Source of the DNA: Minisyncoccia bacterium
Lineage (GTDB): Bacteria; Patescibacteriota; Minisyncoccia; Phycocordibacterales; UBA9973
Length of the DNA stretch: 48,797 nucleotides
NCBI GenBank assembly: GCA_038244685.1
Contig: JBBRTD010000004.1
Location: 1 to 48,797, forward strand
Direction: 5' to 3'
The position numbers and the translations under genes were made by a program. This document shows positions 1-8,189 of the stretch, piece after piece (the first letter of the stretch is position 1; every line of letters starts with the position of its first letter). The notes below the pieces were generated by a model. It was not told the DNA's origin. It was given only the letters and a program-made list of their open reading frames with translations, and made no database searches.

Positions 1-338
1 TGTTAGCTTTGATACGCTTAGTATCGAGGCTGCTTCACTTATTGAAATTAAATTGTGGTCCATGCTATTCAGTATACTATATCAAAGGTTGATAAACAAT
101 ATAAATATTGTTATTAAAGGTTGATAAAGGTTGATAGGAAATATACTAATAATGAAATTAGATATATATAAATTACTAAAATAATTAAAAAGAAATAATC
201 CTCCCTGATTATAATATAGTATTAAATTTATCTATCAATATAATTGCAGATAAAACTGAAAACAATACACTCCGTAAAATGCTTGATTAATCTACTATAT
301 ATACTATAATTTAAAAGCTTAATACTTTTAAGTAATTT

Positions 339-1694
339 ATGCCTAAAAAAAATATAGTAAACAAATTTGGGGGAGGAATTCTTAAAAAGGACCTTATCCC
401 AATAATAGTAAAAAGATTAAAGGAACAAATATCTGGAGGTTTTTCCCCTATTGTAGTAGTCTCAGCAATGCCTGGAATAACAGATAACCTTGTCTCGTTT
501 TTAATTAAAGTTACAGATAAAAATTTAGGGGAAAAAGAAGCAAGCGGGTTGGTTGTAAATTACATAAATGAGCTCAAAGATTTACATAATAATATTCTAA
601 AAGAAATTGGATTTGACGATCAATTACAACAAAAAATAATAGTTGAATTAAATAAATTATTTAGCCAGCTTGAAGAAGATCTACTTGTTATCATTGCTAC
701 AGATACTGACACACTCGAAGACAAGATAGTATCGTATGGAGAGAAATTATCTGCAACTATTTTAACTTTTTATTTTAATTCTCAAGATGTAAAAGCTAAA
801 AGATTTTTTGCAGAAGAAATTCCAATCGTAACTGATGATAACTTTAATAATGCAAATATTGAATATAAATTATCTGAGAAAAATATAAAAAATAAATTAT
901 TGCAAATAAAAGAAATTCCAGTAATAGCTGGGTTTACAGGTGCAACAAAAGATGGACTTACAACAACACTTGGACGTGGAGGAACAGACACAACTGCATG
1001 TTTCGTCGGGGCAGCCCTGGCGGCAGATAAAATTGTCTTATGGAAAGATGTAGGTGGTGTTCTATCTGCTGATCCAAAGATTGTTAAGCAAGCAGAGACT
1101 ATCCCCTTCATTAATTATCTAGAAGCCGAAGAATCTGGAAAAATCATTCATGACAAAGCAATTCAATATGTTAAATTATTTAAAACGCCGATAGAAATAA
1201 GCTCAATTTCTAATCCTAAATTAAAAACACAAATTGGCGATACAAATAAATTAAAAAAAGGAGCTAAAATAGTAAGCCTAAAAAAAGACTTAAGTTTCAT
1301 CCTTATAACAGATGAAAAAGTTAAAGTAAACGATCTTCTGTCTATTGTTAGTCAAACTTTCCTAAAATACAAAGTAGATATAATATTAATAAGTAATACT
1401 CGATACAGTCTACAAATAGTTGCTGATAATAGTAATGGCCAGCTGCACAAGGTTTATGAAGAAATCAAAAATGAGGTTGCTGAAATAGAAATCACAAAAG
1501 CAAGTATGGTGTTCTTGGTTGGATGGTTTGACGCAAAGGATGTAAGTGATTTCAATAACTTGCTAGTAAAAGAAAAAACAGATTTATTAATTAGTGCATT
1601 CTATTATGAAAATTGTTACAGAATGGAGGCTGTTATAAAAACTGATGATATAAATAAAGTCATCAAAGCTTTATACAAAAAATTTATAAAATAA
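339..1694 (+). CDS. lysC: aspartate kinase
   Basis: 451-aa ORF with the KFGGG...VVVSAMPGITD kinase N-terminus and the TLGRGGTDTTA aspartokinase signature. asd follows 19 nt downstream. Confidence 0.9.
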   Translation: MPKKNIVNKFGGGILKKDLIPIIVKRLKEQISGGFSPIVVVSAMPGITDNLVSFLIKVTDKNLGEKEASGLVVNYINELKDLHNNILKEIGFDDQLQQKIIVELNKLFSQLEEDLLVIIATDTDTLEDKIVSYGEKLSATILTFYFNSQDVKAKRFFAEEIPIVTDDNFNNANIEYKLSEKNIKNKLLQIKEIPVIAGFTGATKDGLTTTLGRGGTDTTACFVGAALAADKIVLWKDVGGVLSADPKIVKQAETIPFINYLEAEESGKIIHDKAIQYVKLFKTPIEISSISNPKLKTQIGDTNKLKKGAKIVSLKKDLSFILITDEKVKVNDLLSIVSQTFLKYKVDIILISNTRYSLQIVADNSNGQLHKVYEEIKNEVAEIEITKASMVFLVGWFDAKDVSDFNNLLVKEKTDLLISAFYYENCYRMEAVIKTDDINKVIKALYKKFIK

Positions 1695-1713
1695 TTAAAC
1701 AAAATTTAAATAA

Positions 1714-2802
1714 ATGAAAAAATTCAATGTTGGAATCCTTGGTGCAACTGGAATGGTAGGACAAAATTATATTAAATTACTTGAAAATCATCCATGGTTC
1801 AATGTTGTCTATTTGGCAGCTTCTTCAAATTCAGCCGGTGTCTCTTATGAAGAATCAGTGAAAAGTAGATGGCAAATGTCTACTCCTATACCTGAAAATA
1901 TCAAAAATATAATTGTTGAAGATGTAGCTGAAGTGCAAAAAGCACAAAAAGTTTGTGATTTTGTCTTTTCTGCTTTCGAACTAAGTGACAAACAGCTTGT
2001 AAAAGAAATGGAAGAAAAATATGCAGAGGTAGGAATAGCCGTGGTATCAAATGCATCTGCTAATAGAAAAATTAGTGATGTTCCAATGCTCATACCTGAA
2101 ATAAATTCAGATCATTTAGAAATAATAAAAGTTCAACAGAAAAATCATAATTGGGATAAAGGATTTATTGTGGTTAAGCCAAATTGTAGCCTTCAAAGTT
2201 ATATCACTCCTGTTTATGCTTTAATTAAAGCTGGGTATCCAATTGATAAAATAATTATTACTACTCTTCAGGCTGTATCAGGGGCGGGATACCCTGGAGT
2301 TGCAAGTCTTGATATTATAGACAACGTTGTACCCTTCATTGGTGGTGAAGAAGAAAAAACAGAAGAAGAGCCACTAAAAATTTTAGGCCAAATAATAAAT
2401 GATAAATTTATAAATAATATAGATATAAGCATTTCTGCTAGTTGTACAAGAGTACCTGTATCTGATGGACATTTAGCCTGTATAAATATATCGTTCAAAG
2501 ATAAAAAACCAACAAAAGAAGAAATTATAAAAATTTGGAATAATTTCAAATCAATTCCCCAAGAGTTAAATCTTCCATTTGCACCTATTAATCCCATAAT
2601 ATATACAGAAGAAGAAAACCGTCCACAACCCAAAAAAGATAGAAATAATGATAAAGGAATGGCGGTAACAGTAGGAAGACTAAGAGACTGTAAAATTTTT
2701 GACTATAAATTTGTAGCATTAAGTCACAATACTGTAAGAGGCGCCGCTGGTGGAGGAATACTTAATGCTGAGCTTTTAGTTAAGAAAGGTTATATTAAAT
2801 AA
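1714..2802 (+). CDS. asd: aspartate-semialdehyde dehydrogenase
   Basis: 362 aa with a GATGMVGQ Rossmann motif, KPNCS active-site Cys context and SHNTVRGAAGG near the C-terminus. Confidence 0.92.
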   Translation: MKKFNVGILGATGMVGQNYIKLLENHPWFNVVYLAASSNSAGVSYEESVKSRWQMSTPIPENIKNIIVEDVAEVQKAQKVCDFVFSAFELSDKQLVKEMEEKYAEVGIAVVSNASANRKISDVPMLIPEINSDHLEIIKVQQKNHNWDKGFIVVKPNCSLQSYITPVYALIKAGYPIDKIIITTLQAVSGAGYPGVASLDIIDNVVPFIGGEEEKTEEEPLKILGQIINDKFINNIDISISASCTRVPVSDGHLACINISFKDKKPTKEEIIKIWNNFKSIPQELNLPFAPINPIIYTEEENRPQPKKDRNNDKGMAVTVGRLRDCKIFDYKFVALSHNTVRGAAGGGILNAELLVKKGYIK

Positions 2803-2812
2803 TATACGCAAA

Positions 2813-2861
2813 TAAAAACAGAGGTTGGACATTCCACGTAGATGTACAACCTCTGTTTTTA
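2813..2861. terminator. bidirectional intrinsic terminator between convergent asd and the decarboxylase gene
   Basis: The stem acagaggttg (2818-2827) pairs with caacctctgt (2847-2856). It is flanked by an A-run and a T-run. Confidence 0.8.
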
Positions 2862-2868
2862 TTTGTAA

Positions 2869-4245
2869 TTACCAACCAAATTCCTTACCAACATCCTCTG
2901 GGCTCTCTCTTTTTCTTGCAACAACAATATGACCATTCTCAGCTACTATTTTAATCGGGGATGATAACATACAGTGATGAGAAGCGAGAGCGTCCTGGTA
3001 AGCTCCTGTGTCAAAGAAGACTACATAAAAAGGCTCATTCTCGTTGTAATTATAATCTGGTAAGGTGACAGAATCTCCTATTCCTGTATATATATCATCT
3101 GAATCACAACTAGACCCAGATATCCAAACATCATTTAATTTTCCATCAAGCTTATTGTTTACAGGAGCAACAAACCACTTTTGATCTATCGCCCAAGTAT
3201 CCACAAGGTCATTCATAAGACTTCCATCTATAACATACCATTTCTTAGCTTCAACACTTTTATTATTAATAATTTTAGTATCAATAACTTTAAAAATAGT
3301 TATTTGAGCAGGAGCAACCATAAACCTTCCCCACTCACAAATAAGATTTGGATGAGGCATATCACGCTTCTCTGATTCTTTCTTTAGAAGTTCAAAAAGT
3401 TTTTCAAGTATCTTTTCTATGGAAAACTTCTTATTTCTTTCAAAAGGAATAGGCATTCCTCCTCCGATATCGATAGTATCCAAAGATGGATTTTTCTCTT
3501 TTAATTTAAAGTAAACATTTAAAGCATATTTGGTAGAAGCTAAAAAGTCTGATGGCTTCTCAAGTTTCCCAATTCTATAATGCAAAACTTTTAGATTTTT
3601 AAATTGATCCATCTTTAAAAGATCTTTTCTTGAAAAACCAAATCTATCTATTTGTTTATTCCAATTAGCTTTTGACTTAACTGGAACATCTAATCTAATT
3701 CCAACATCATATTTAGAAAATTGGAAAATCTTTAATTCATTTGGTCCTTCGATAATTGGAACAACTTTCAACCCTCTATGTTGAAGCTCGTCAATAAGAT
3801 TAATATATTTATCTGTTTTAGGCCCATTACAAAGAATCCTCATTTTCTCATTAAATGATTCCTGCTCTAGCATCTTTTTTATAATAAATAATTCATTATA
3901 TGAAGAAGTTTCTATATCTGCCCCTTCTCCAACCATGGCCATAACGACTTCTTTCGTCTGGTTTGATTTCATAGGGTAATGATAATAAAATTTACCTTGA
4001 TATTTTAATTTCTTAATGAGTGACGCAGAAAGATCAAGTAGATCTTCTACTCTTTCTTCAATAATATATGGGAAAAGTATCTCAAGCGATGTTCCGAACT
4101 TTTCAGCTAGGTATCTTATATTGTAAACATTATTCCCTTCTTTGGCGATTAAATCCCCTTCCTTATTAAAATCAAAATATTGGGTATTAAAATCACTGAT
4201 TCCAAGCTTCCAAAGTTTTTTAGAAGCGATTGAGCGTTTAGTCAT
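2869..4245 (-). CDS. fold-type III PLP-dependent decarboxylase (Orn/DAP/Arg decarboxylase family, short SpeA-like form)
   Basis: 458 aa with YPMKSNQ (PLP-lysine context), DIGGGMPIPF and SGSSCDSDD motifs. The KxNQ and CDSD style resembles biosynthetic arginine decarboxylase, but the protein is much shorter. The substrate cannot be assigned from sequence alone. Confidence 0.7.
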   Translation of the reverse strand: MTKRSIASKKLWKLGISDFNTQYFDFNKEGDLIAKEGNNVYNIRYLAEKFGTSLEILFPYIIEERVEDLLDLSASLIKKLKYQGKFYYHYPMKSNQTKEVVMAMVGEGADIETSSYNELFIIKKMLEQESFNEKMRILCNGPKTDKYINLIDELQHRGLKVVPIIEGPNELKIFQFSKYDVGIRLDVPVKSKANWNKQIDRFGFSRKDLLKMDQFKNLKVLHYRIGKLEKPSDFLASTKYALNVYFKLKEKNPSLDTIDIGGGMPIPFERNKKFSIEKILEKLFELLKKESEKRDMPHPNLICEWGRFMVAPAQITIFKVIDTKIINNKSVEAKKWYVIDGSLMNDLVDTWAIDQKWFVAPVNNKLDGKLNDVWISGSSCDSDDIYTGIGDSVTLPDYNYNENEPFYVVFFDTGAYQDALASHHCMLSSPIKIVAENGHIVVARKRESPEDVGKEFGW

Positions 4246-4329
4246 TCCTTTATATCAAGCATTACCTGCCTGTGATAAATAATAGTAATACGACATATAA
4301 TAACAAAATGTGAGAATTTGTAAAGAAAA

Positions 4330-5418
4330 CTACAAACCTTCTTCTTTAAGCTTCTCTATTATTTCCTTTGTTTTACGAGATAATTTATTTGGCATTTCTA
4401 CTTCAATGCTAATTATAATATCTCCACGGCCACGATTAGATGGCACTCCTTTGCCCTTAACTCGAAGCATTTCTCCATTATTAATACCTTCTGGTATTTT
4501 AACTTCTATTGATTTACCGTCTAATGTTTTTAAATTATAAGTCATTCCAAGAAGTGCATCTGTTAACTTTATTTTTAAATCCATCAATAAATTCTGGTCA
4601 TCTCGAGTGTAGATAGGATGTGATTTAACATTCATCTTTATATATAAATCCCCAGTTTCGCCCCCTTGTATGGCTTCTCCACTACCTCTAACTCGAAGAG
4701 ACTCTCCGTTATTAATTCCTGAAGGAATATTTATACTTATATCTTCATTAATTTTACGAACACCAGCTCCATGACATTCACTACATTTTTCAGATGGAAT
4801 TTTTCCAGTACCGAAACAGTTATCACACGCTCTGACTGTTTGAAAATTACCCAAGATTGAATGTCTAACTTCACGAACTTGTCCTTGTCCGTCACACGTC
4901 TTGCAAGTATTCATTTTAGCTCCTGGTTTACTACCAGAGCCACCACAAATATTACATGACGATTGTTTGTTTATTGTTACTTTTTTAACAGTTCCAAAAA
5001 TAGATTCTTCAAAAGATAAATTTATCTCTGTTGATATATCCCTACCTTTTTTTGTTTTTTGTTTGCGTCCACCGCCGAAGAAATCTCCAAAAATATCTCC
5101 TAAATCACCCATATCAAATTCCATTCCACCATTTTGACCAGTGAAATCAAAACCACCAAATCCACCTTGGCCTCCAAAACCACCACCCTGTCCACCAAAT
5201 CCTTGTGGTCCATCAGCATTTCCAAAGCGATCATAAGAAGATCTTTTTTTATCATCAGAAAGTACCTGATAAGCTTCATTTACTTCTTTAAACTTAGTAT
5301 CATCACCATTATTTTTGTCTGGATGATGAGTATGAGCAAGCTTATGAAAAGCCTTCTTCATTTCTTCTTTTGAAGCATTTTTATCTACTCCTAATATTTT
5401 GTAATAATCTTTGGGCAT
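4330..5418 (-). CDS. dnaJ: chaperone DnaJ
   Basis: J-domain with HPD (HHPDKN), a G/F-rich linker and four CxxCxGxG zinc-finger repeats. Confidence 0.96.
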   Translation of the reverse strand: MPKDYYKILGVDKNASKEEMKKAFHKLAHTHHPDKNNGDDTKFKEVNEAYQVLSDDKKRSSYDRFGNADGPQGFGGQGGGFGGQGGFGGFDFTGQNGGMEFDMGDLGDIFGDFFGGGRKQKTKKGRDISTEINLSFEESIFGTVKKVTINKQSSCNICGGSGSKPGAKMNTCKTCDGQGQVREVRHSILGNFQTVRACDNCFGTGKIPSEKCSECHGAGVRKINEDISINIPSGINNGESLRVRGSGEAIQGGETGDLYIKMNVKSHPIYTRDDQNLLMDLKIKLTDALLGMTYNLKTLDGKSIEVKIPEGINNGEMLRVKGKGVPSNRGRGDIIISIEVEMPNKLSRKTKEIIEKLKEEGL

Positions 5419-5437
5419 AATTTATTTAATCTAATAT

Positions 5438-5550
5438 AAAATTTCAAAATAGTCTTTGAGAAATGCCTTGCGCAGGGCGTCGGCCCGAGCAGAGCAAATT
5501 TTCAGCAGAAAATTATGTGTGCATTTCAAGAAGAGCTATTTTGAAATTTT
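5438..5550. repeat. GC-rich structured module, subfamily 1, copy A, inside a long AT-rich hairpin in the dnaK-dnaJ spacer
   Basis: The outer imperfect inverted repeat is 5438-5466 / 5521-5550. The core 5467-5520 is cttgcgcagggcgtcggcccgagcagagcaaattttcagcagaaaattatgtgtgc. It is homologous to the cores at 41847-41907 and 42934-42995. Confidence 0.8.
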
Positions 5551-5563
5551 ATATGATTATTAT

Positions 5564-7459
5564 TTACTTCTGTTCTGGGTTTTCATTAACCTCAGCGTCT
5601 TTTATTTCAGGCTCTTGAGTTTCTGGAGTTGGATTTTCTCCTTCTTTTGCAGACTCGCTATTTTTACTCATAGTTTCACCTATTTTAGACATTTCAGCGG
5701 ATAATTCTTCTGTAGCTTTTTTAATAGCTTCCATATCTGTACCCTCCTTGGACTTCTTTAAAGCAACTATCTTTGATTCTATTTCTGTTTTAATATCTAC
5801 TGTTACTTTATCTCCATAGTCTTTAACTGATTTTTCAGCAGTGAAAATCATCATCTCGGCTGTATTTTTTACATCGGCTAATTCTTTCTTCTTTGCATCT
5901 TCGTCTGCATGAGTTTCTGCTTCGTCACGCATTTTCTTTATTTCAGAATCAGTTAATCCTGAGCTTGCTTCAATACGAATAGATTGCTCTTTTCCGGAAG
6001 CCTTATCTTTAGCTTTAACATTTAAAATTCCATTCGCATCTACATCAAAGGTAACTTCCACTTGTGGAATTCCACGAGGTGATGGTGGAATACCGTCTAA
6101 TATAAATCTTCCAAGTGATTTATTATCAGAAGCCATTGGACGTTCACCTTGAGTAATATGAATCTCTACAGAAGTCTGATTGTCAGCAGCTGTTGAAAAT
6201 ATTTGAGATTTTGAAGAAGGGATTGTTGTATTTCTCTCTACTAATTTTGTTGCGACTCCACCTAATGTTTCAATACCAAGAGATAATGGAATAACATCAA
6301 GAAGGAGTACATCTCGAACATCACCTTGTAAAACTCCTGCTTGAACTGCAGCACCTAAGGCTACAACTTCATCTGGATTAATCGAACGGTTTGGCTCTTT
6401 TCCAAATAACTTTCTGACAGCATCAACGATTGCTGGCATTCTTGTCTGACCTCCAACTAAAATTATTTCATTAATTTCGCCCATCTTAAATGGAGAAGCC
6501 TCAATTGCACGTTTTGTAATTTCAATAGAACGAGTTACATACTCTTCAGATAGAGATTCTAAAACAGCACGAGACATTTTCAAAAGTAAGTGTTTAGGAC
6601 CTGATGCATCAGAAGTAATAAATGGGATATTTATTTCTGAATCCATTGTTGTTGAAAGTTCATGCTTTGTCTTCTCAGCAGCTTCTTTTAGGCGCTGAAG
6701 AGCTAACATATCAGTTGTGACATCGATACCTGATTCCTTTTTATATTCGTCTGCAATCCATCTGACCACCTTCTGGTCGATATCTTCTCCACCCATGTGT
6801 GAGTCTCCATCTGTAGATTTTACTTCTATAACATCGTCTCCAACTTCAAGAACTGAAACGTCAAATGTTCCTCCTCCAAAGTCATAAACAACTATTTTTT
6901 CATTTTTCTTTGTATTAAATCCATACGCAAGAGCAGCCGCTGTTGGCTCATTGATAATACGTTTTACATCAAGACCTGCAATTACTCCAGCATCTTTCGT
7001 TGCTTTACGTTGGGCATCGTTAAAATAAGCAGGAACAGTAATAACTGCTTCTGTAATTTTTTCACCTAGCTTTGCTTCTACATCTGCTTTAATCTTACTT
7101 AATATCATTGCAGAAATTTCTTCTGGTCGTAACCAAGAATCTCCAATCTTTGCTTCTACTCCACCATTTGCAGTTTTTTGAATTTTATATGGAATTGTTT
7201 TTTCATCTTTTTGAATTTCTGGATCATCATATAAGTGGCCAATAAAACGCTTAATACCATAAACTGTATTTTCTGGATTCGTCACAGCTTGACGTTTTGC
7301 AAGTAAACCAACCATTCTGTCACCATTTTTTGTAACAGTAACCACAGACGGCGTCGTACGAGCACCTTCGATATTTTCTATAATTTTTGGCTGACCACCC
7401 TCTATGATAGCCACTGCACTATTTGTTGTACCTAAGTCAATACCTATAATTTTACTCAT
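5564..7459 (-). CDS. dnaK: chaperone DnaK (Hsp70)
   Basis: 631 aa with [20 protein letters not shown] and VGGQTRMP motifs. Confidence 0.98.
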   Translation of the reverse strand: MSKIIGIDLGTTNSAVAIIEGGQPKIIENIEGARTTPSVVTVTKNGDRMVGLLAKRQAVTNPENTVYGIKRFIGHLYDDPEIQKDEKTIPYKIQKTANGGVEAKIGDSWLRPEEISAMILSKIKADVEAKLGEKITEAVITVPAYFNDAQRKATKDAGVIAGLDVKRIINEPTAAALAYGFNTKKNEKIVVYDFGGGTFDVSVLEVGDDVIEVKSTDGDSHMGGEDIDQKVVRWIADEYKKESGIDVTTDMLALQRLKEAAEKTKHELSTTMDSEINIPFITSDASGPKHLLLKMSRAVLESLSEEYVTRSIEITKRAIEASPFKMGEINEIILVGGQTRMPAIVDAVRKLFGKEPNRSINPDEVVALGAAVQAGVLQGDVRDVLLLDVIPLSLGIETLGGVATKLVERNTTIPSSKSQIFSTAADNQTSVEIHITQGERPMASDNKSLGRFILDGIPPSPRGIPQVEVTFDVDANGILNVKAKDKASGKEQSIRIEASSGLTDSEIKKMRDEAETHADEDAKKKELADVKNTAEMMIFTAEKSVKDYGDKVTVDIKTEIESKIVALKKSKEGTDMEAIKKATEELSAEMSKIGETMSKNSESAKEGENPTPETQEPEIKDAEVNENPEQK

Positions 7460-7511
7460 AATATTTTATATATTAATTAATAATAATTGATAATAATTTA
7501 ATAACACTTTC

Positions 7512-7566
7512 AGTATACACTTCCATTTATATTTTGACAAGTATTTAGCGACCGCAAAATACTTGT
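7512..7566 (-). promoter_or_regulatory. candidate dnaK promoter overlapped by a perfect 10-bp inverted repeat (operator candidate)
   Basis: On the minus strand, TTGTCA (7535-7540) is followed by a 17-nt spacer and then TATACT (7512-7517). The inverted repeat acaagtattt (7537-7546) / aaatacttgt (7557-7566) has a 10-nt spacer and covers the -35 box. Confidence 0.55.
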
Positions 7567-7597
7567 ATAATCTATATTTTAGTTGTATAATTGACCT

Positions 7598-8155
7598 ATG
7601 TTAAAAAAGCCTTCAATTCAAAAGGCAATCCTAAAAATCCTTTCAAATAAAGGGGTTACTCCTGTCGAATCAATTAAAAAACACGTCAATGACGCTGTTT
7701 TAGCTGAGCCTGAGGCTCTTAACAAGAGAAGTTATGCTATTTCTCGTTCAATTAAGAATATGCTTGGAGATGGTCTTGTAGAAGCCCTTAATTCTGACAA
7801 CAAACAATATATAAGACTTACAAAAGAAGGAAAACAAAAATTAAACAACATTGCACTTGAATGCGAATCAAGCCTTGTTTCAACATCTTGGGATAATTAT
7901 TGGAGAATAATACTTTTAGATATTCCAGAAGATAGAAAAAATGAAAGAGAGGCATTGCGATATCTACTTAAGAAAGCAGGATTTGTATGTTTAAAAAATT
8001 CTGTTTGGATTTCCATGTACCCTTTTGAACATTTATTTACAAATATTAAAAAAGATTTAAATTTATCAACAGAATTAATAATTATAGTAACAGATAAAAT
8101 AGACGAGGAAACAGAAAAAGAATTTTTATTACTATGTGAATCTAGTTATAAATAA
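7598..8155 (+). CDS. PaaX-like winged-helix transcriptional regulator (short form)
   Basis: 185 aa. The N-terminal wHTH-like segment is ILKILSNKGVTPVESI. It is followed by WRIILLDIPEDRKNEREALRYLLKKAGFVCLKNSVWIS, which matches the PaaX-family pattern (W..v.f..PE..R..R..Lr..L...GF..l..gvWi.P). Two TGTATAAT extended -10 boxes lie upstream at 7564-7571 and 7583-7590. Confidence 0.6.
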   Translation: MLKKPSIQKAILKILSNKGVTPVESIKKHVNDAVLAEPEALNKRSYAISRSIKNMLGDGLVEALNSDNKQYIRLTKEGKQKLNNIALECESSLVSTSWDNYWRIILLDIPEDRKNEREALRYLLKKAGFVCLKNSVWISMYPFEHLFTNIKKDLNLSTELIIIVTDKIDEETEKEFLLLCESSYK

Positions 8156-8180
8156 AAAATAGAGCGATGCTCTATTTTTT
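8154..8180. terminator. bidirectional intrinsic terminator
   Basis: The stem tagagc (8160-8165) pairs with gctcta (8169-8174). An A-run lies upstream and a T-run downstream. Confidence 0.75.
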
Positions 8181-8189
8181 ATTTATATA

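Noticed and set aside
1-338. A replication origin, suggested by the TTATCAACC-type boxes and the AT-rich stretch.
   Set aside because: The boxes match the DnaA consensus only loosely. No dnaA, dnaN or gyrB is adjacent, and the region is at the window edge so its context is unknown. I kept it as a low-interest operator candidate instead.
5456-5704. Possible micro-ORFs running through the GC-rich module cores. These are the track ORF at 5456-5704 and my own translations MRKADGPSNEEIFNRKLSGP... at 41849 and (V)RKTDGPSNEEISSKKLSGP... at 42936.
   Set aside because: Copy A differs from B and C by a 2-nt indel, so the upstream part is read in a different frame. The B versus C differences are compensatory in a hairpin and change the encoded residues. 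The 5456 ORF also runs antisense into dnaK. This pattern fits RNA- or DNA-level structure conservation, not coding.
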